This document shows positions 20,501-28,154 of a stretch of DNA of 48,445 nt, piece by piece. A program made the translations under genes and the position numbers. The stretch's first letter is position 1. Each line of letters starts with the position of its first letter. The notes beneath the pieces are model-generated. The model had not been told where the DNA came from, made no database searches, and saw nothing but the letters and a program-made list of their open reading frames with translations. This DNA is from a virus, in the IMG/VR virus record IMGVR_UViG_3300021321_000001, positions 1-48,445 of that record. One strand, 5' to 3'.

Positions 20501-21627
20501 ATGCGGCCGAGGGCGAGCTTGGCGCGACTAGCCCGGTTGGCTCGGTGCTGCGCGGGCTCAAATCCAACTTCACGGCGGCCAAGCTGGCTTTCAATCTCTC
20601 GAACGCGTTGCTCCAGATTACCGGCGTCGCGCAATCCTTCGTGGTGGTCGGCAAGAAGGATATGGCAATCGGCATCATGAAGGCGGCGCGTAACCCGGCT
20701 GCTGCTGCGGCGGCGGTCGCGGCCAAGTCGCCGTTCATGGCGGCCCGTCAAACGACGTTCAACAAAGACGTGATGGACTTCTACAGCGACCCGAAACAGG
20801 GCATGACGGCGTCGCGGCTCCAGGAGTTTAAGCGGAACATCTGGGGGCCGCTGTCGTTCTGGCTGATGCAGAAGGTGCAATGGCACTTCGCCGACGTCCC
20901 GACGTGGATTGCCGGCTATGAGCAGGGCTTGCGGAAGTATGGCGGCGATGAGGCGCGAGCGGTCGCACACGCGGACGGCCTGGTTAAACGTGCGCAAGCC
21001 TCGGGCCTGTTCATCGACCGGGCCGGCGTCGAGCGCGGCTCGCTGTCCTCGCGCAATCGGCAGAATGACGTCGTGAAGCTGTTCACGACACTCGGGAGCT
21101 ACATGTTCGCCAAGTTCAACGTCGCCTATGAGCGGACCGCGACGGCCTCGCGCACGATCCGCGACGAGGGCGTTTCGGCGAAGTCGGCCCAGGAGGCGGC
21201 GAGCTGGACGCTCGACATGGCGCTGCTGTTCACCCTTGAGGCGATTGTCACGGCGGCGATCCGTGGGCAACTGCCCGGCCAAGGCGACGGCGGCGATGAT
21301 GAAAGCTGGCTTGCATGGCTCGCGAAGAACACCGCGTTTTCCGTGCTCGGGACGCTGCCGTTCATCCGCGACGGTGTGTCGGCGCTCCAGGGGCACGGCG
21401 GCGGCGGGGCCTATGGCTCGATCGTCGAGGATCTGTCAAAGCCGGTCAAGGAAGCATTCCAAGGTCAGGTGGACAAGGCCCTTATCAAGTCCATCGTCAA
21501 CGCTGCCGGTACGGCCACGGGCGCTCCGTCCGTCGCCACGAACCGGATCGTCGATGCGGGCTGGCGGCAGTCGGAGGGCGAGCAGGTGTCGCCGTTTGAG
21601 TACGTATTCGGCAAGTTTAGGAAATAA
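14539..21627 (+). CDS. Giant (2362 aa) gp16-position internal virion/ejection protein with a zincin-like HExxH motif
   Basis: HESGH at nt 17182-17196, followed by EQWARAFEGYLMDGKAPS. Gly/Ala-rich hydrophobic segments occur at both ends. Confidence 0.85.
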   Translation: MDTIADYTAWKAKQQQNGVEAASTVLSAVEGSPDEVAGDLNLASEFGKVTGNPVPPAPMVSEYRPVFQQAIEREKNRTILADAPRLTEWLRNPENAAVARDDLQGLSWWETAIGAGQNAFSRGVRRTPQSYNQFLANSAAERAQDQMRGFSDILADQTAIRGADGGVIAWKPIANPVDLLNAGTRFLTSRLATLTGTDEKQAAAYYQQQVGLINKRIGEIPLSPAGSEGRDYWNEAAKTGDLNSFLRVIAQHPGPFMAFVGETAAESLPSMAAAIGVGVATRSPAAGATFMGVNSAMTEKGSAPADFFREKGIDISTAEGAAKAVSDPALMREAIKRGDARGLVVGLMDGLSGGVAGKMLVQSNVGNMVLQSITQAMMGAAGEAGGQIAAGQPISLGDILMEGFAEFASAPVEVAGMGGGRVMEAARKAKEAGDRRALFEALSGQAQSSVLRNRMPDKFRQFVEAATANGPVENVYVPADQFVQYFQGIGVDPYALVDELEGVSRDDLDAAIAGGGDLQIPTATYAARIAGSEHDAFLMDNMRFDPDQFTAIEAVEFNARAQEALQEAHDLAEQVRQDQERLRSFEQEIYDTMVSRLRAAGRSTDVATTEAMLYPAFYRVMAERSGLTTEEFMQRYPLPQVAGDLPEGIQYKSVDELNRTLAEARSRKTVKDTRQTLLEFIDQHGGINDVGGELKARNAETVSRGKGKKSLKLARKGFIAGARDLLGGDGGKKHSPDEVARAAIDAGFLADDPVANEYRTAIAEGREVPDITRSLFDAIDRELRGEAQYSANEEPDPAVARNAQLDEIEAYLSSLGVTLKDDDATIRQAIDGARQYAQTPRRLFQSGGPGPRGAIQFPAAGVGNGDTVIRLFQTADLSTMLHESGHYFLTVIQDMAAREGGSSALSDLNQRLDALQDEQRRTFEHESDGWIGPVAGAEDDPLYLALKDATGAGVNLDRWADSAEWAAKNGREDIAQAIVDRAQREADRAAADKPGVAPDSPRYAAIEESLKASAQETLAKARAIAERAGLKPTVATTPTTGAAADYATVKEWWGANAADVAKDAVRVMPDVAVTADDVKAALANGTTGDVMKDAAIDVGMQEQWARAFEGYLMDGKAPSADLRSAFEKFRAWLISVYRRLTNLNVTVSDDIRGVFDRMIASDDEIAKARAETGDAGPVFATAEQMGLTDEQYAAFLKLRDQAQEDAKARLLRETMAPIKRQQEKWFKEERKAVRAEVERDVNSYPVFRALEWMGNRRWLGEGQPEEMPDIRLSKDVLVERYGEGVLKTLPRGKQTVYTVEGGLDPDEAAGWFGFRSGDEMVKALEQTLGRKEAIDAETDRVMRDRHGDALNDGEVEAHALDAIHAPDKRGMWIAAELKAVVEVAGTGKAMTMKEARATARQTIAKMRVRDAMNANRFLAAERKAADEAARLGATLAREKIWLDAARRKIGTAARAALRGEGSVEAVADAIDANNAKFETSIASYTVPDREVVGKDGQARTIKGGQRTATSLGYNEMVAKLIDAKRRQLLNHAFYSEARKVADEVEKAERFVDKLGKASHRERIAGAGRRENAQVDYLGAIDELLDRYDFRQMSGAAEQRRGSLNAFVAAMTAAGRENELAIPESVLADAARKPYKTLPVEELRGVVDSLKNLEHIALRWDKLIDAQREREFSAAAESIAAAIDKNLPKRPPGAVKSKGEQARNLARAYLDSVLNATTLLREMDGFDNGDVYQAIKAPIDEAQNRLIVRKQDAAKALEGLYSVYSKEERRAMAVREHIPELGFALSKWERIAVALNTGNEGNLSRLTDPRQRRPFTMDQVNAILAGLDARDADFVQSVWDYIGTFKADIAARERRATGIEPAWVEASPVTIGGKQLSGGYYPIKYDTRLSSTAADRETVDIAQSLQAGRFGKAQTRNGHLKERAAAGDGSIDLDMAVMHRHVNQVIYDLEMSEPVANAWRLIQDGRVRGALDDAGRSADFDALQAWLKDAAEGELGATSPVGSVLRGLKSNFTAAKLAFNLSNALLQITGVAQSFVVVGKKDMAIGIMKAARNPAAAAAAVAAKSPFMAARQTTFNKDVMDFYSDPKQGMTASRLQEFKRNIWGPLSFWLMQKVQWHFADVPTWIAGYEQGLRKYGGDEARAVAHADGLVKRAQASGLFIDRAGVERGSLSSRNRQNDVVKLFTTLGSYMFAKFNVAYERTATASRTIRDEGVSAKSAQEAASWTLDMALLFTLEAIVTAAIRGQLPGQGDGGDDESWLAWLAKNTAFSVLGTLPFIRDGVSALQGHGGGGAYGSIVEDLSKPVKEAFQGQVDKALIKSIVNAAGTATGAPSVATNRIVDAGWRQSEGEQVSPFEYVFGKFRK

Positions 21628-21643
21628 CCGTCTGGCGATCACG

Positions 21644-21674
21644 GTCCCGCCGATCCACAAATTGGCGGGACTTT
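21644..21674 (+). promoter_or_regulatory. 8-bp GC hairpin GTCCCGCC/GGCGGGAC plus TTT, ending 7 nt before ATG 21679
   Basis: Read directly. It may be a weak terminator or an RBS-occluding structure. Confidence 0.35.
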
Positions 21675-21678
21675 CCCT

Positions 21679-24135
21679 ATGACCGTTGCGAGCGAAGTAA
21701 ACCGATCAGGCCCATTTATCGGGAATGGGGTTACCACGGTTTTTGCCTACGGCTTCCGCATCCTGGATGAGGCCCATATCCAGGTTGTCCGCACGGTGGA
21801 CAATACCGACACGGTCCTTGCGCTTGGCGCCGATTACACCGTGTCGGGCGTCGGCGACGAGGGCGGCGGGTCTATCACCACGACGATCGCGCCGACCGCT
21901 GCGCAGACGATTACGCTTCTTCGCAACGTTCCGTTTACGCAAGAAACCGACCTTGAAAATCAGGGCGCATATTTCGCGGAGACGATCGAAGCCGCGCTTG
22001 ATCTAGCGGCGATGCGCGATCAGCAAATAAGCGAGTTGCTTAGCCGGGCGGTGACTATGCCGGCCTCGCAATCTGCCGATGACATCCCTGGGTTTGTCGC
22101 GGACATCGAGAATGCCGCGGCCAACGCGCAACTCGCGATCAGTGCGCGGGACAGTGCGCAAGCCGCCGCATCGGCGCTCGGCAATCAGGTGCATCAGTAC
22201 GATACCAGGGCGCTTGCGATTGCGGCGGTGATCCCGAGCGGTGTCAATCTGGTTCGGCTGCTCGGTCGCAATAGCGCCGGTGATCTTGGCAGCGGGCTGT
22301 ATACGAAGCTCGGTGGTGCGCCCGGTGCTGTGCGGTCATGGCACTGGCAGAACGTGCTTGCCGGCACGTGGTGGCAACTCAAAGAGTTCCGCGTCAACCC
22401 GCGCATGTTCGGCGCGGTCGGCGATGGTGTCGCCGACGATCGCGCGGCGGTGCAGGATGCGATCGACTTCATATCGTCGTTGTTCGCCGGTGGCGTCGTC
22501 GAGGGTGTTGCTGGAGACCGCTACCGGTGCGTGATCGGTGTGGGCGTCACCGATCTCGGCCTGATCGTCAAGAGCGGGGCTACTCTCGATCTAAACATGT
22601 CGTCGATCGAGCTGGAATGCACTGGCTCGGTTTACGGCATCCGGTTACAGAGCAACGCCCACATTCGCGGCCCCGGAACAGTCAAGACGACCGTTTCGAG
22701 TGCCCCGGGATCGCAGGGGATTTGGCATGCGCCAATCTCCATTGGTGCCGCCTATGGCGAGGTGACAAGCGTTGCCGCTCTCGGCAACTACATCAACGCA
22801 ACGCGCTGGAGCATTCGCGGCGTCAAGATTGAGAATGTTCGGGCGGGCGGGACTGGTATTTCCGGTCTTGGTGGCGTCAATCACGGAGTGATCGAAGACA
22901 TCGAGTACCCGGACAGCGCGACGCTGGTCGGCTGCATCAACTTCGATTGGGGTACGGTCGGGGCGATCAACTCGGCCAACGTGCCAGCGTCGCGAACAGC
23001 CTACGATGCCGGCACGGCTTACACCGTGCATCCGAACAACATCTACGTTCGACGCCTTAAGATCGGCGCGATGACGTATGCGACCTCGACGCCGATCCGG
23101 TTGTCCGGCGTGCACGATATCCGCGTTGACGGGTTCGCCATTGCGGCATGCAAAGCCTATGGCGTATTTCACACGGCTGGTGACCTCGGCTACGAATTTG
23201 CGCAGGACAATGCCATTCGGCGCAATCGTCATCGCGGCATCGTCGTGAGAAATGGAGCAATTGCCAACGCCAACAACGGCGGGGCGATCTACTGCGACGC
23301 CCATGCGGACAATATCGCGCTGGCGGTCGCGGGCGGATATTCCGCCTATCTAGATGCGAACAACCCGACCAATATCGTCTTTGACAACATCCGGTCGCAG
23401 GGAAGCCTTGACGTCGCTGCGGGGCACGGTGTCTTGGCACGGTATATGGAGGGCGGCACGTTCCGCAATTTGTATATTATCGGCCACCAACGCGGGATTG
23501 TGTGCGCGGAAGCGGCAAAGCGCATTCGGATCGAGGGCGGTGAAGTAACGACGTGCTATCAAGAGGGCGTCTTTATCGGGGCAGGAACCACCCCGGAGGA
23601 GATCACCGTTGATGGTGTATGGTGCTATTCAAATGGCGTTGGGGGTGCCTTTGGCGGAATTTATGCGCAGTCAGGGATCAAGCACACTATCACGCGCTGC
23701 CGCCTTGGTGGCGTAGGCGAGAGCTTTCAAAACTACGGCGTTGTTGTGGATGCTGCCTGCGGCGACGTTGAAGTCTCGTTCAATCATTGCCAAGGCCACG
23801 CTAACCCTGGGGCCGCGTATCTTATGGGAGGTTCAACATCTTACGGCTGCTTGCGTCTCTACACTGGGAACACGATCAACACGCTCTACGTAACGACGCC
23901 GTTCTCTGGTCTGAGCATCGTGCCCATTGAGTACGTATACACTATCAACGGGCGAGCGCGCCGCCACTTGGCTCAGCGCGTGTCCCTATCGTCTGGTATC
24001 ACGCCGTCAGCCGGAACATGGTCCGTAGGAGACGTCATCGATTATTCTGACCCTTTGGCAACTGGATATCGTGGGGTGATTTGCACCACTGCCGGGTCTC
24101 CAGGAACGTGGAACCGGTACGGAGTGTCTGTGTAG
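21679..24135 (+). CDS. Tailspike / tail fibre with a pectate-lyase-type beta-helix (depolymerase candidate)
   Basis: 818 aa. The FGAVGDGVADDRAAVQDAIDF motif is typical of the pectate_lyase_3 fold. The 3' end is lower in GC by eye. Confidence 0.8.
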   Translation: MTVASEVNRSGPFIGNGVTTVFAYGFRILDEAHIQVVRTVDNTDTVLALGADYTVSGVGDEGGGSITTTIAPTAAQTITLLRNVPFTQETDLENQGAYFAETIEAALDLAAMRDQQISELLSRAVTMPASQSADDIPGFVADIENAAANAQLAISARDSAQAAASALGNQVHQYDTRALAIAAVIPSGVNLVRLLGRNSAGDLGSGLYTKLGGAPGAVRSWHWQNVLAGTWWQLKEFRVNPRMFGAVGDGVADDRAAVQDAIDFISSLFAGGVVEGVAGDRYRCVIGVGVTDLGLIVKSGATLDLNMSSIELECTGSVYGIRLQSNAHIRGPGTVKTTVSSAPGSQGIWHAPISIGAAYGEVTSVAALGNYINATRWSIRGVKIENVRAGGTGISGLGGVNHGVIEDIEYPDSATLVGCINFDWGTVGAINSANVPASRTAYDAGTAYTVHPNNIYVRRLKIGAMTYATSTPIRLSGVHDIRVDGFAIAACKAYGVFHTAGDLGYEFAQDNAIRRNRHRGIVVRNGAIANANNGGAIYCDAHADNIALAVAGGYSAYLDANNPTNIVFDNIRSQGSLDVAAGHGVLARYMEGGTFRNLYIIGHQRGIVCAEAAKRIRIEGGEVTTCYQEGVFIGAGTTPEEITVDGVWCYSNGVGGAFGGIYAQSGIKHTITRCRLGGVGESFQNYGVVVDAACGDVEVSFNHCQGHANPGAAYLMGGSTSYGCLRLYTGNTINTLYVTTPFSGLSIVPIEYVYTINGRARRHLAQRVSLSSGITPSAGTWSVGDVIDYSDPLATGYRGVICTTAGSPGTWNRYGVSV

Positions 24136-24162
24136 CAACAGAAAGGGCGCGGGCGCGTTACC

Positions 24163-24399
24163 ATGGATCAAGACACGCGGGCGGAAATCGATAAGCTGCA
24201 CGGGAGGGTGAGCGACTTGAAAGAGCGCGTCGTCAACCTGGAGGCACAGCAGCCTCACATCAATGCCGCGTTGACGCGGATTGAGAAGAACGTCGAGAAG
24301 GTAAGCAGCCACATCTCAAAGGGCGTTTGGATCGTCCTGGGCCTGTTTATCGTCGCGGTTTGGAAGCTCGTTCTCAACGGCAAGCTTCCGGCAGTTTAG
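24163..24399 (+). CDS. Holin-like / lysis-associated membrane protein (coiled coil plus one C-terminal TM)
   Basis: 78 aa with TM segment VWIVLGLFIVAVWKLVL. First gene of the lysis cluster. Confidence 0.5.
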   Translation: MDQDTRAEIDKLHGRVSDLKERVVNLEAQQPHINAALTRIEKNVEKVSSHISKGVWIVLGLFIVAVWKLVLNGKLPAV

Positions 24400-24449
24400 C
24401 CCGCAACCATTGCCGGTGCAGGGTGCGCGCCTCAACTGAGGGCGCGCTT

Positions 24450-24668
24450 ATGAAATTCCGATTGATCGATGATCGCGTGTGGCATCGCCTCTGGTCGGTG
24501 CGGATCGCGATCGGTGGCGGCCTGTTCTGGAGCGCAATCGGTGGCCTCATCATGGTGTGGCCGGCGCTCGTGGACAAAATCCCAACCATTGCATACGTGC
24601 TCGGCGGCGTCGTCTTGTCGGCGGCGTTTGGCCTCGCGCGCGTGCTCAAGCAGCCGGGGGCTGAATGA
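24450..24668 (+). CDS. Pinholin-like holin (two TM segments)
   Basis: ATG 24450 follows TGAGGG. 72 aa with two hydrophobic segments. Its stop overlaps the endolysin start. Confidence 0.55.
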   Translation: MKFRLIDDRVWHRLWSVRIAIGGGLFWSAIGGLIMVWPALVDKIPTIAYVLGGVVLSAAFGLARVLKQPGAE

Positions 24669-25174
24669 TGGCGAAGGTCACCAAGAAACACGTTGGTCTC
24701 TCTGCCGCTGGCGCGGTCCTGGCTGGCGTGCTCGTCTCGCATTGGGAGGGTATGAACCTGACGGCGGTTCATCTGCCATTCGATCCGCCCGGTGTCGTTA
24801 CGGTCTGCGGCGGCATCACGAACTACGATTGGCCGTGGCTCAAGGTGGGCGACAAGTACACCAAAGAGCAATGTCAGCACGAGCTTTCGCATGTCGCGGA
24901 GCGATACGCCGACGAGGTCGTGAAGTGCGTCCCGTCGCTGCCGACGATGCCGCCGCACCGGCAGGCGGCGATTGCCTCGTTCGCCGTGAACCTCGGCGCG
25001 GCGCGCGTGTGCAACACCTCGATCGCGCGCGATCTCAATGCTGGCCGCGTGCGGGAAGCCTGCGACGCAATGGTGAAGTACGTCAACGCGAACGGCAAGT
25101 TCCTCCAGGGCCTCTATAACCGCCGCACGGATGCCGTGTGGGGTGAGCGTCCCTGGTGTCTCCGGGAGGATTGA
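24665..25174 (+). CDS. SAR-type lysozyme endolysin
   Basis: Weakly hydrophobic Gly/Ala-rich N-terminus GLSAAGAVLAGVLVSHWEG, then D-x5-T (DPPGVVTVCGGIT), which is lysozyme-like. Confidence 0.8.
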   Translation: MMAKVTKKHVGLSAAGAVLAGVLVSHWEGMNLTAVHLPFDPPGVVTVCGGITNYDWPWLKVGDKYTKEQCQHELSHVAERYADEVVKCVPSLPTMPPHRQAAIASFAVNLGAARVCNTSIARDLNAGRVREACDAMVKYVNANGKFLQGLYNRRTDAVWGERPWCLRED

Positions 25175-25177
25175 TCC

Positions 25178-25618
25178 ATGTCGTGGCTGTTTTGGGCGGT
25201 CGCGACTTCCGATCTGGCGCTGATGCTGCTCGGGCTCGTCCTGGTCGCCGCGCTGGTTGTTGGCTTCGCGCCGCTCCTTGGTCGCTTCCCGGTGATCGGC
25301 TCTTATGTGCCGCTCGCCCGGTTCGTCGCGCTCCTCCTTCTGTTCGTGATCGGGCTCTGCGTCGGCCATCGGCTGGCGGATGAAAGCGCGGCGCTCGCTC
25401 AGGCGAGGACCGATCTCGCGTTCAAGGATTTGGAACTCGACGCGCATAGGCAATCAGCCGAAACGGCGGCGAAGCTGCGCGCCGATGCCGAAGCAAAGGC
25501 CGACGAGGCCGACAAGAAGGTGTCTGACTATGAGGCAGAGCTTGCGAAACGTCCTGCGAATGACGCTTGTGCTCTCGACGACGGCGACGTTGATTGGTTG
25601 CGTCGGATCGCAAAATAG
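25178..25618 (+). CDS. i-spanin (Rz-like)
   Basis: N-terminal TM region followed by a charged coiled coil. Located after the endolysin and overlapped by a lipoprotein ORF. Confidence 0.7.
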   Translation: MSWLFWAVATSDLALMLLGLVLVAALVVGFAPLLGRFPVIGSYVPLARFVALLLLFVIGLCVGHRLADESAALAQARTDLAFKDLELDAHRQSAETAAKLRADAEAKADEADKKVSDYEAELAKRPANDACALDDGDVDWLRRIAK

Positions 25619-25820
25619 CCCGACGCGGGCCGCTGTTCAGATCCCTCGCGACTGCGAGGATTTGGCCCAGCCCGTCGCTTACCCATCCGTCGAGGTCGGA
25701 AAGCCGGCGAAGGTGGCGCTAGCGCGTCACCGGGCCTCGCTGGGACAGGCGAACGGTCGGCTCGTTGCGACGCGCGATTGTCAGAAGCAACAGCGCGAGC
25801 GGTTCGCCAACGGCCGCTAG
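25530..25820 (+). CDS. o-spanin (Rz1-like lipoprotein), overlapping the i-spanin 3' end in another frame
   Basis: MRQSLRNVLRMTLVLSTTATLIGC with lipobox LIGC. ATG 25530 lies inside track ORF 25380..25820. Confidence 0.75.
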   Translation: MRQSLRNVLRMTLVLSTTATLIGCVGSQNSPTRAAVQIPRDCEDLAQPVAYPSVEVGKPAKVALARHRASLGQANGRLVATRDCQKQQRERFANGR

Positions 25821-26167
25821 GCGGGGCGCGGGCCGGCCTTCAAGACCTCGCCGCGCGGGAGCGATCCCTTGTCCTTCAAGATCGTCAGGGCCTTAGTCGG
25901 CGGCATGTAGGAACGGCGGCCGGGCCTCTGCGCCTCGTCCTCGGTCTGCCATTTTAGCTCCAGGCGGCAAAGCTCCGTCCAGAGATTCAGGTTCTTCGCG
26001 TCGCCGCGCTCGCGGCGCAACGCCCTGAACAGGTCATACGCTTCCGCTCCGCGCTGCATGCGCCGATTGTTGAAGGTCTGGCGGCAAGCCGGCTTGCAGA
26101 ACTCCTGGCCGACGCGGCGGGCGCTGATGGGGTTCCCGCATTCAAGGCAGTTGTGAAGCTTGGTCAT
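25817..26167 (-). CDS. Zn-ribbon protein of unknown function
   Basis: Start ATG 26167 (MTKLHNCLECG...FCKPACRQ, CxxC...CxxxC). The upstream part of track ORF 25817..26248 is regulatory DNA. Confidence 0.6.
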   Translation of the reverse strand: MTKLHNCLECGNPISARRVGQEFCKPACRQTFNNRRMQRGAEAYDLFRALRRERGDAKNLNLWTELCRLELKWQTEDEAQRPGRRSYMPPTKALTILKDKGSLPRGEVLKAGPRPA

Positions 26168-26185
26168 GACTGGCGCGATCCTGAT

Positions 26186-26221
26186 GCAAAAGGGCGCGAC
26201 CCGTTTAAATGGCCGCGCCCT
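26186..26221 (-). terminator. Intrinsic terminator-like hairpin AGGGCGCG...CGCGCCCT followed by TTTT on the - strand
   Basis: 8-bp GC stem (26191-98 / 26214-21) with a T-run at 26187-26190. It lies 19 nt upstream of ATG 26167. Confidence 0.45.
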
Positions 26222-26234
26222 GTTGTTGCATGGT

Positions 26235-26251
26235 GTTGTGAAAATCACAAC
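26235..26251. promoter_or_regulatory. Perfect 17-bp dyad operator GTTGTGAAAATCACAAC
   Basis: One of eight copies of the motif. Located between the stop of 26269..26634 and the terminator. Confidence 0.6.
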
Positions 26252-26268
26252 AGCAAAGATGCGCCTTT

Positions 26269-26634
26269 CTACATCTCGCGGAGGGCGAGCACCGCGATTG
26301 CGGCATAGTTGATGATGCCGAAGAATTCGGCCACCGCAGCGTCATACTCGCCGCGATCAGCCATCCCCTTCGCCTCGGCGGCTTTCTTCATGATCTGGCC
26401 GGAAGGGAAGCCAAGCCCGACGCGGCGCGTGGTCTGCATGGACGACTGATCGAGGAAAGGGACGTCGTCACTGCCATGCCGGTGGTGGCCTTTGCCGCGT
26501 GCGGCGTGGTCGTGGGCGGCCTGGAGCACGCCCGCAAGGCTCCCATACATGGGGTCCGAAATCACAACGTCGGCGGGCGCGACGTCGGCGAGGATGATCG
26601 TGGGCGGCCGTTCCGGTGGCTTGCAGTCAAACAT
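26269..26634 (-). CDS. Hypothetical protein; possibly an all-alpha NTP-pyrophosphohydrolase-like fold (weak)
   Basis: 121 aa with AGGAA 6 nt upstream. A KGxxRHG-type motif (ARGKGHHRHGSD) is only vaguely reminiscent. Confidence 0.55.
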   Translation of the reverse strand: MFDCKPPERPPTIILADVAPADVVISDPMYGSLAGVLQAAHDHAARGKGHHRHGSDDVPFLDQSSMQTTRRVGLGFPSGQIMKKAAEAKGMADRGEYDAAVAEFFGIINYAAIAVLALREM

Positions 26635-26845
26635 TGTGGTTCCTCAGTTTCTTCGAGGTGGACTTTATGGCACCCCACGCCAGATAGTTCGACGCGGGAT
26701 CGGCGAGCGATCCGCCCGCGAGCCGGTCGAGTTCGCCGGCAAGCGAGCGGAGTTGATCGGCGGCGCTCCTAAGCCCCGCCTTGTCTGTGAGCCGGATTTC
26801 GACGCGCGCGAATTCCGGCGTCTCCGGGCTAATGCTGCTCTGCAT
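26627..26845 (-). CDS. Hypothetical protein (72 aa)
   Basis: Track ORF in operon context with short overlaps to its neighbours. Confidence 0.45.
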   Translation of the reverse strand: MQSSISPETPEFARVEIRLTDKAGLRSAADQLRSLAGELDRLAGGSLADPASNYLAWGAIKSTSKKLRNHNV

Positions 26846-27032
26846 CGGCCTTGACCTCGACGACCTCTGCGGAAATGAACCGCTGCTTGATGACCGTGCT
26901 GTGGTTCTCCGCGTTGATCGCGTTCAGGATGTCCATAGCATCGACATTGAACGGGCCGGTCGGGATGCGATCCGGGACGGGCACCTCTTTCCGGATCGTC
27001 TGCTCGATGATGGCGATGAGGCGCTTGGTCAT
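26829..27032 (-). CDS. Hypothetical protein (67 aa)
   Basis: Track ORF, ATGA-coupled to the recT stop. Confidence 0.5.
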   Translation of the reverse strand: MTKRLIAIIEQTIRKEVPVPDRIPTGPFNVDAMDILNAINAENHSTVIKQRFISAEVVEVKADAEQH

Positions 27033-27988
27033 ATATCGTCTCCCGGTTGCGGGCCGTCGTTGGCGAAGCGCGGATCGTTGTCATCGGGTCCGTCCTGGTC
27101 GAACACCTCGCCCATATCGTCATGATCGACAGGCTGGCCCTTCGCGTCGGTCGGCTTCGTCTTGGCGGGCGTGACGTCCTTGAGCGCCGCCGCCGCGCCG
27201 CCGCGCTTCTTTGGCGCGGTGAACTGCGTCGGGGCAGGTGTCTCGCCGGGCGGCTCGGCCGCCGCGTCGAACGTGTAATCATCGTCAATGCGCTCGGCCG
27301 CTTGGTGCAGGGCATCGCGGTCGGTGCTGCTCGGCAGGTATTTGCTGATGCGGCGGAACACGGTCTTGCGCGCCATCTCGGCCCAATCGGTCGCCCATGG
27401 CGTTGACTTGATCTTGTTCGCCTTGAAAGCACGATACGCGTCCGATCGGTCGCGGATCGCGTTGACGTCGGCGATGTTCATCACCTCGTGAACGATGCCG
27501 CCGCTGATCAGCTCGGCAAGCGCATAGACTGCATATGGCTCGCCGCGTTCCTTGCTGTGATCGACCTTGTGCGTGATCGGCTTCTTGGCGTTGGTCGGCT
27601 CATGTGTGAACCTGTCCTTGTCGCGGACAACCTCGACCACAAGGCTTTTGATCTGGCCGCTCTGATAGGCGAGCTTCAACAGCCCGCGCATCATTGGGCG
27701 ATACTGCACGTCGCCGTTGTAGTCCACGACAAGTGCGGCCTCGCGGCCGTCGAGGATCAGGCCGTCAGTCGCGGCCTTGGTGCAGGCGGCGAGGAGGGAT
27801 TGCGGGTTCTTCACCTTCTCGATGTTGCGGGTGAGAGCGATAGCCGTCTGCGCCGTACGAACGAAACGCTCGGGCGTGATGTGGCCGGGCAACGCCTTTT
27901 TGAACTCCGGCGTCATGTTGTTGAGGTGATCGCGAAGCGTCAGCGGCTTGCGCTCAACCTGGGCCGGCAGGGTGTTGGTCTGTGCCAT
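27029..27988 (-). CDS. recT: RecT-family single-strand annealing protein
   Basis: 319 aa with RecT-like core (FKKALPGHITPERFVRTAQTAI...) and an acidic disordered tail. Located next to an exonuclease. Confidence 0.85.
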   Translation of the reverse strand: MAQTNTLPAQVERKPLTLRDHLNNMTPEFKKALPGHITPERFVRTAQTAIALTRNIEKVKNPQSLLAACTKAATDGLILDGREAALVVDYNGDVQYRPMMRGLLKLAYQSGQIKSLVVEVVRDKDRFTHEPTNAKKPITHKVDHSKERGEPYAVYALAELISGGIVHEVMNIADVNAIRDRSDAYRAFKANKIKSTPWATDWAEMARKTVFRRISKYLPSSTDRDALHQAAERIDDDYTFDAAAEPPGETPAPTQFTAPKKRGGAAAALKDVTPAKTKPTDAKGQPVDHDDMGEVFDQDGPDDNDPRFANDGPQPGDDI

Positions 27989-28154
27989 TCTCGATTTCTT
28001 TCATGATCTCGGCCGCGCGGGATTGCACTAGGCCGGGTGGCGATCCGCTCAGTGCTGTCAGCACCATGATTGCGGTGGTTCGGTCGCGATCCGGAGCGCG
28101 GCGATAGAAGAAGGCCGCGCTCCAGAATTTCCGCGCAAGGTCGGCGTCGGTCAC
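27954..28154 (-). CDS. Hypothetical protein (66 aa)
   Basis: ATGA-coupled to the exonuclease stop. Overlaps the recT start by 35 nt, so it is uncertain. Confidence 0.4.
   Translation of the reverse strand: MTDADLARKFWSAAFFYRRAPDRDRTTAIMVLTALSGSPPGLVQSRAAEIMKEIENGTDQHPAGPG

Noticed and set aside
12017-21396. Very long - strand ORFs in the track (12017..14017, 14371..16740, 16906..18420, 19951..21396) antisense to the virion genes
   Set aside because: Their translations are Arg/Pro/Gly/His-rich low-complexity strings with no motifs. They lie antisense to + strand genes that have clear domains and operon coupling. Stop-poor shadow frames like these are expected at this GC content.
21679-24135. 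A diversity-generating retroelement, considered because the capsid/cement genes resemble BPP-1-type phages
   Set aside because: No reverse transcriptase ORF occurs anywhere in the window, and I found no template/variable repeat pair matching the 3' end of the tailspike or fibre genes.
26205-26231. An 8-codon mini-ORF (MQQQGAAI) overlapping the 5' arm of the 26.2-kb terminator as a leader-peptide attenuator
   Set aside because: There is no SD-like sequence upstream of its ATG and no regulatory codon run. It is too short and too likely by chance to support on sequence alone.
26235-26251. The TGTGA...TCACA core of the 17-bp dyad as a CRP/CAP-type site
   Set aside because: CRP sites are TGTGA-N6-TCACA and here the spacing is N3. 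The conserved flanks (GT...AC) and the location on phage early promoters fit a phage repressor operator better.
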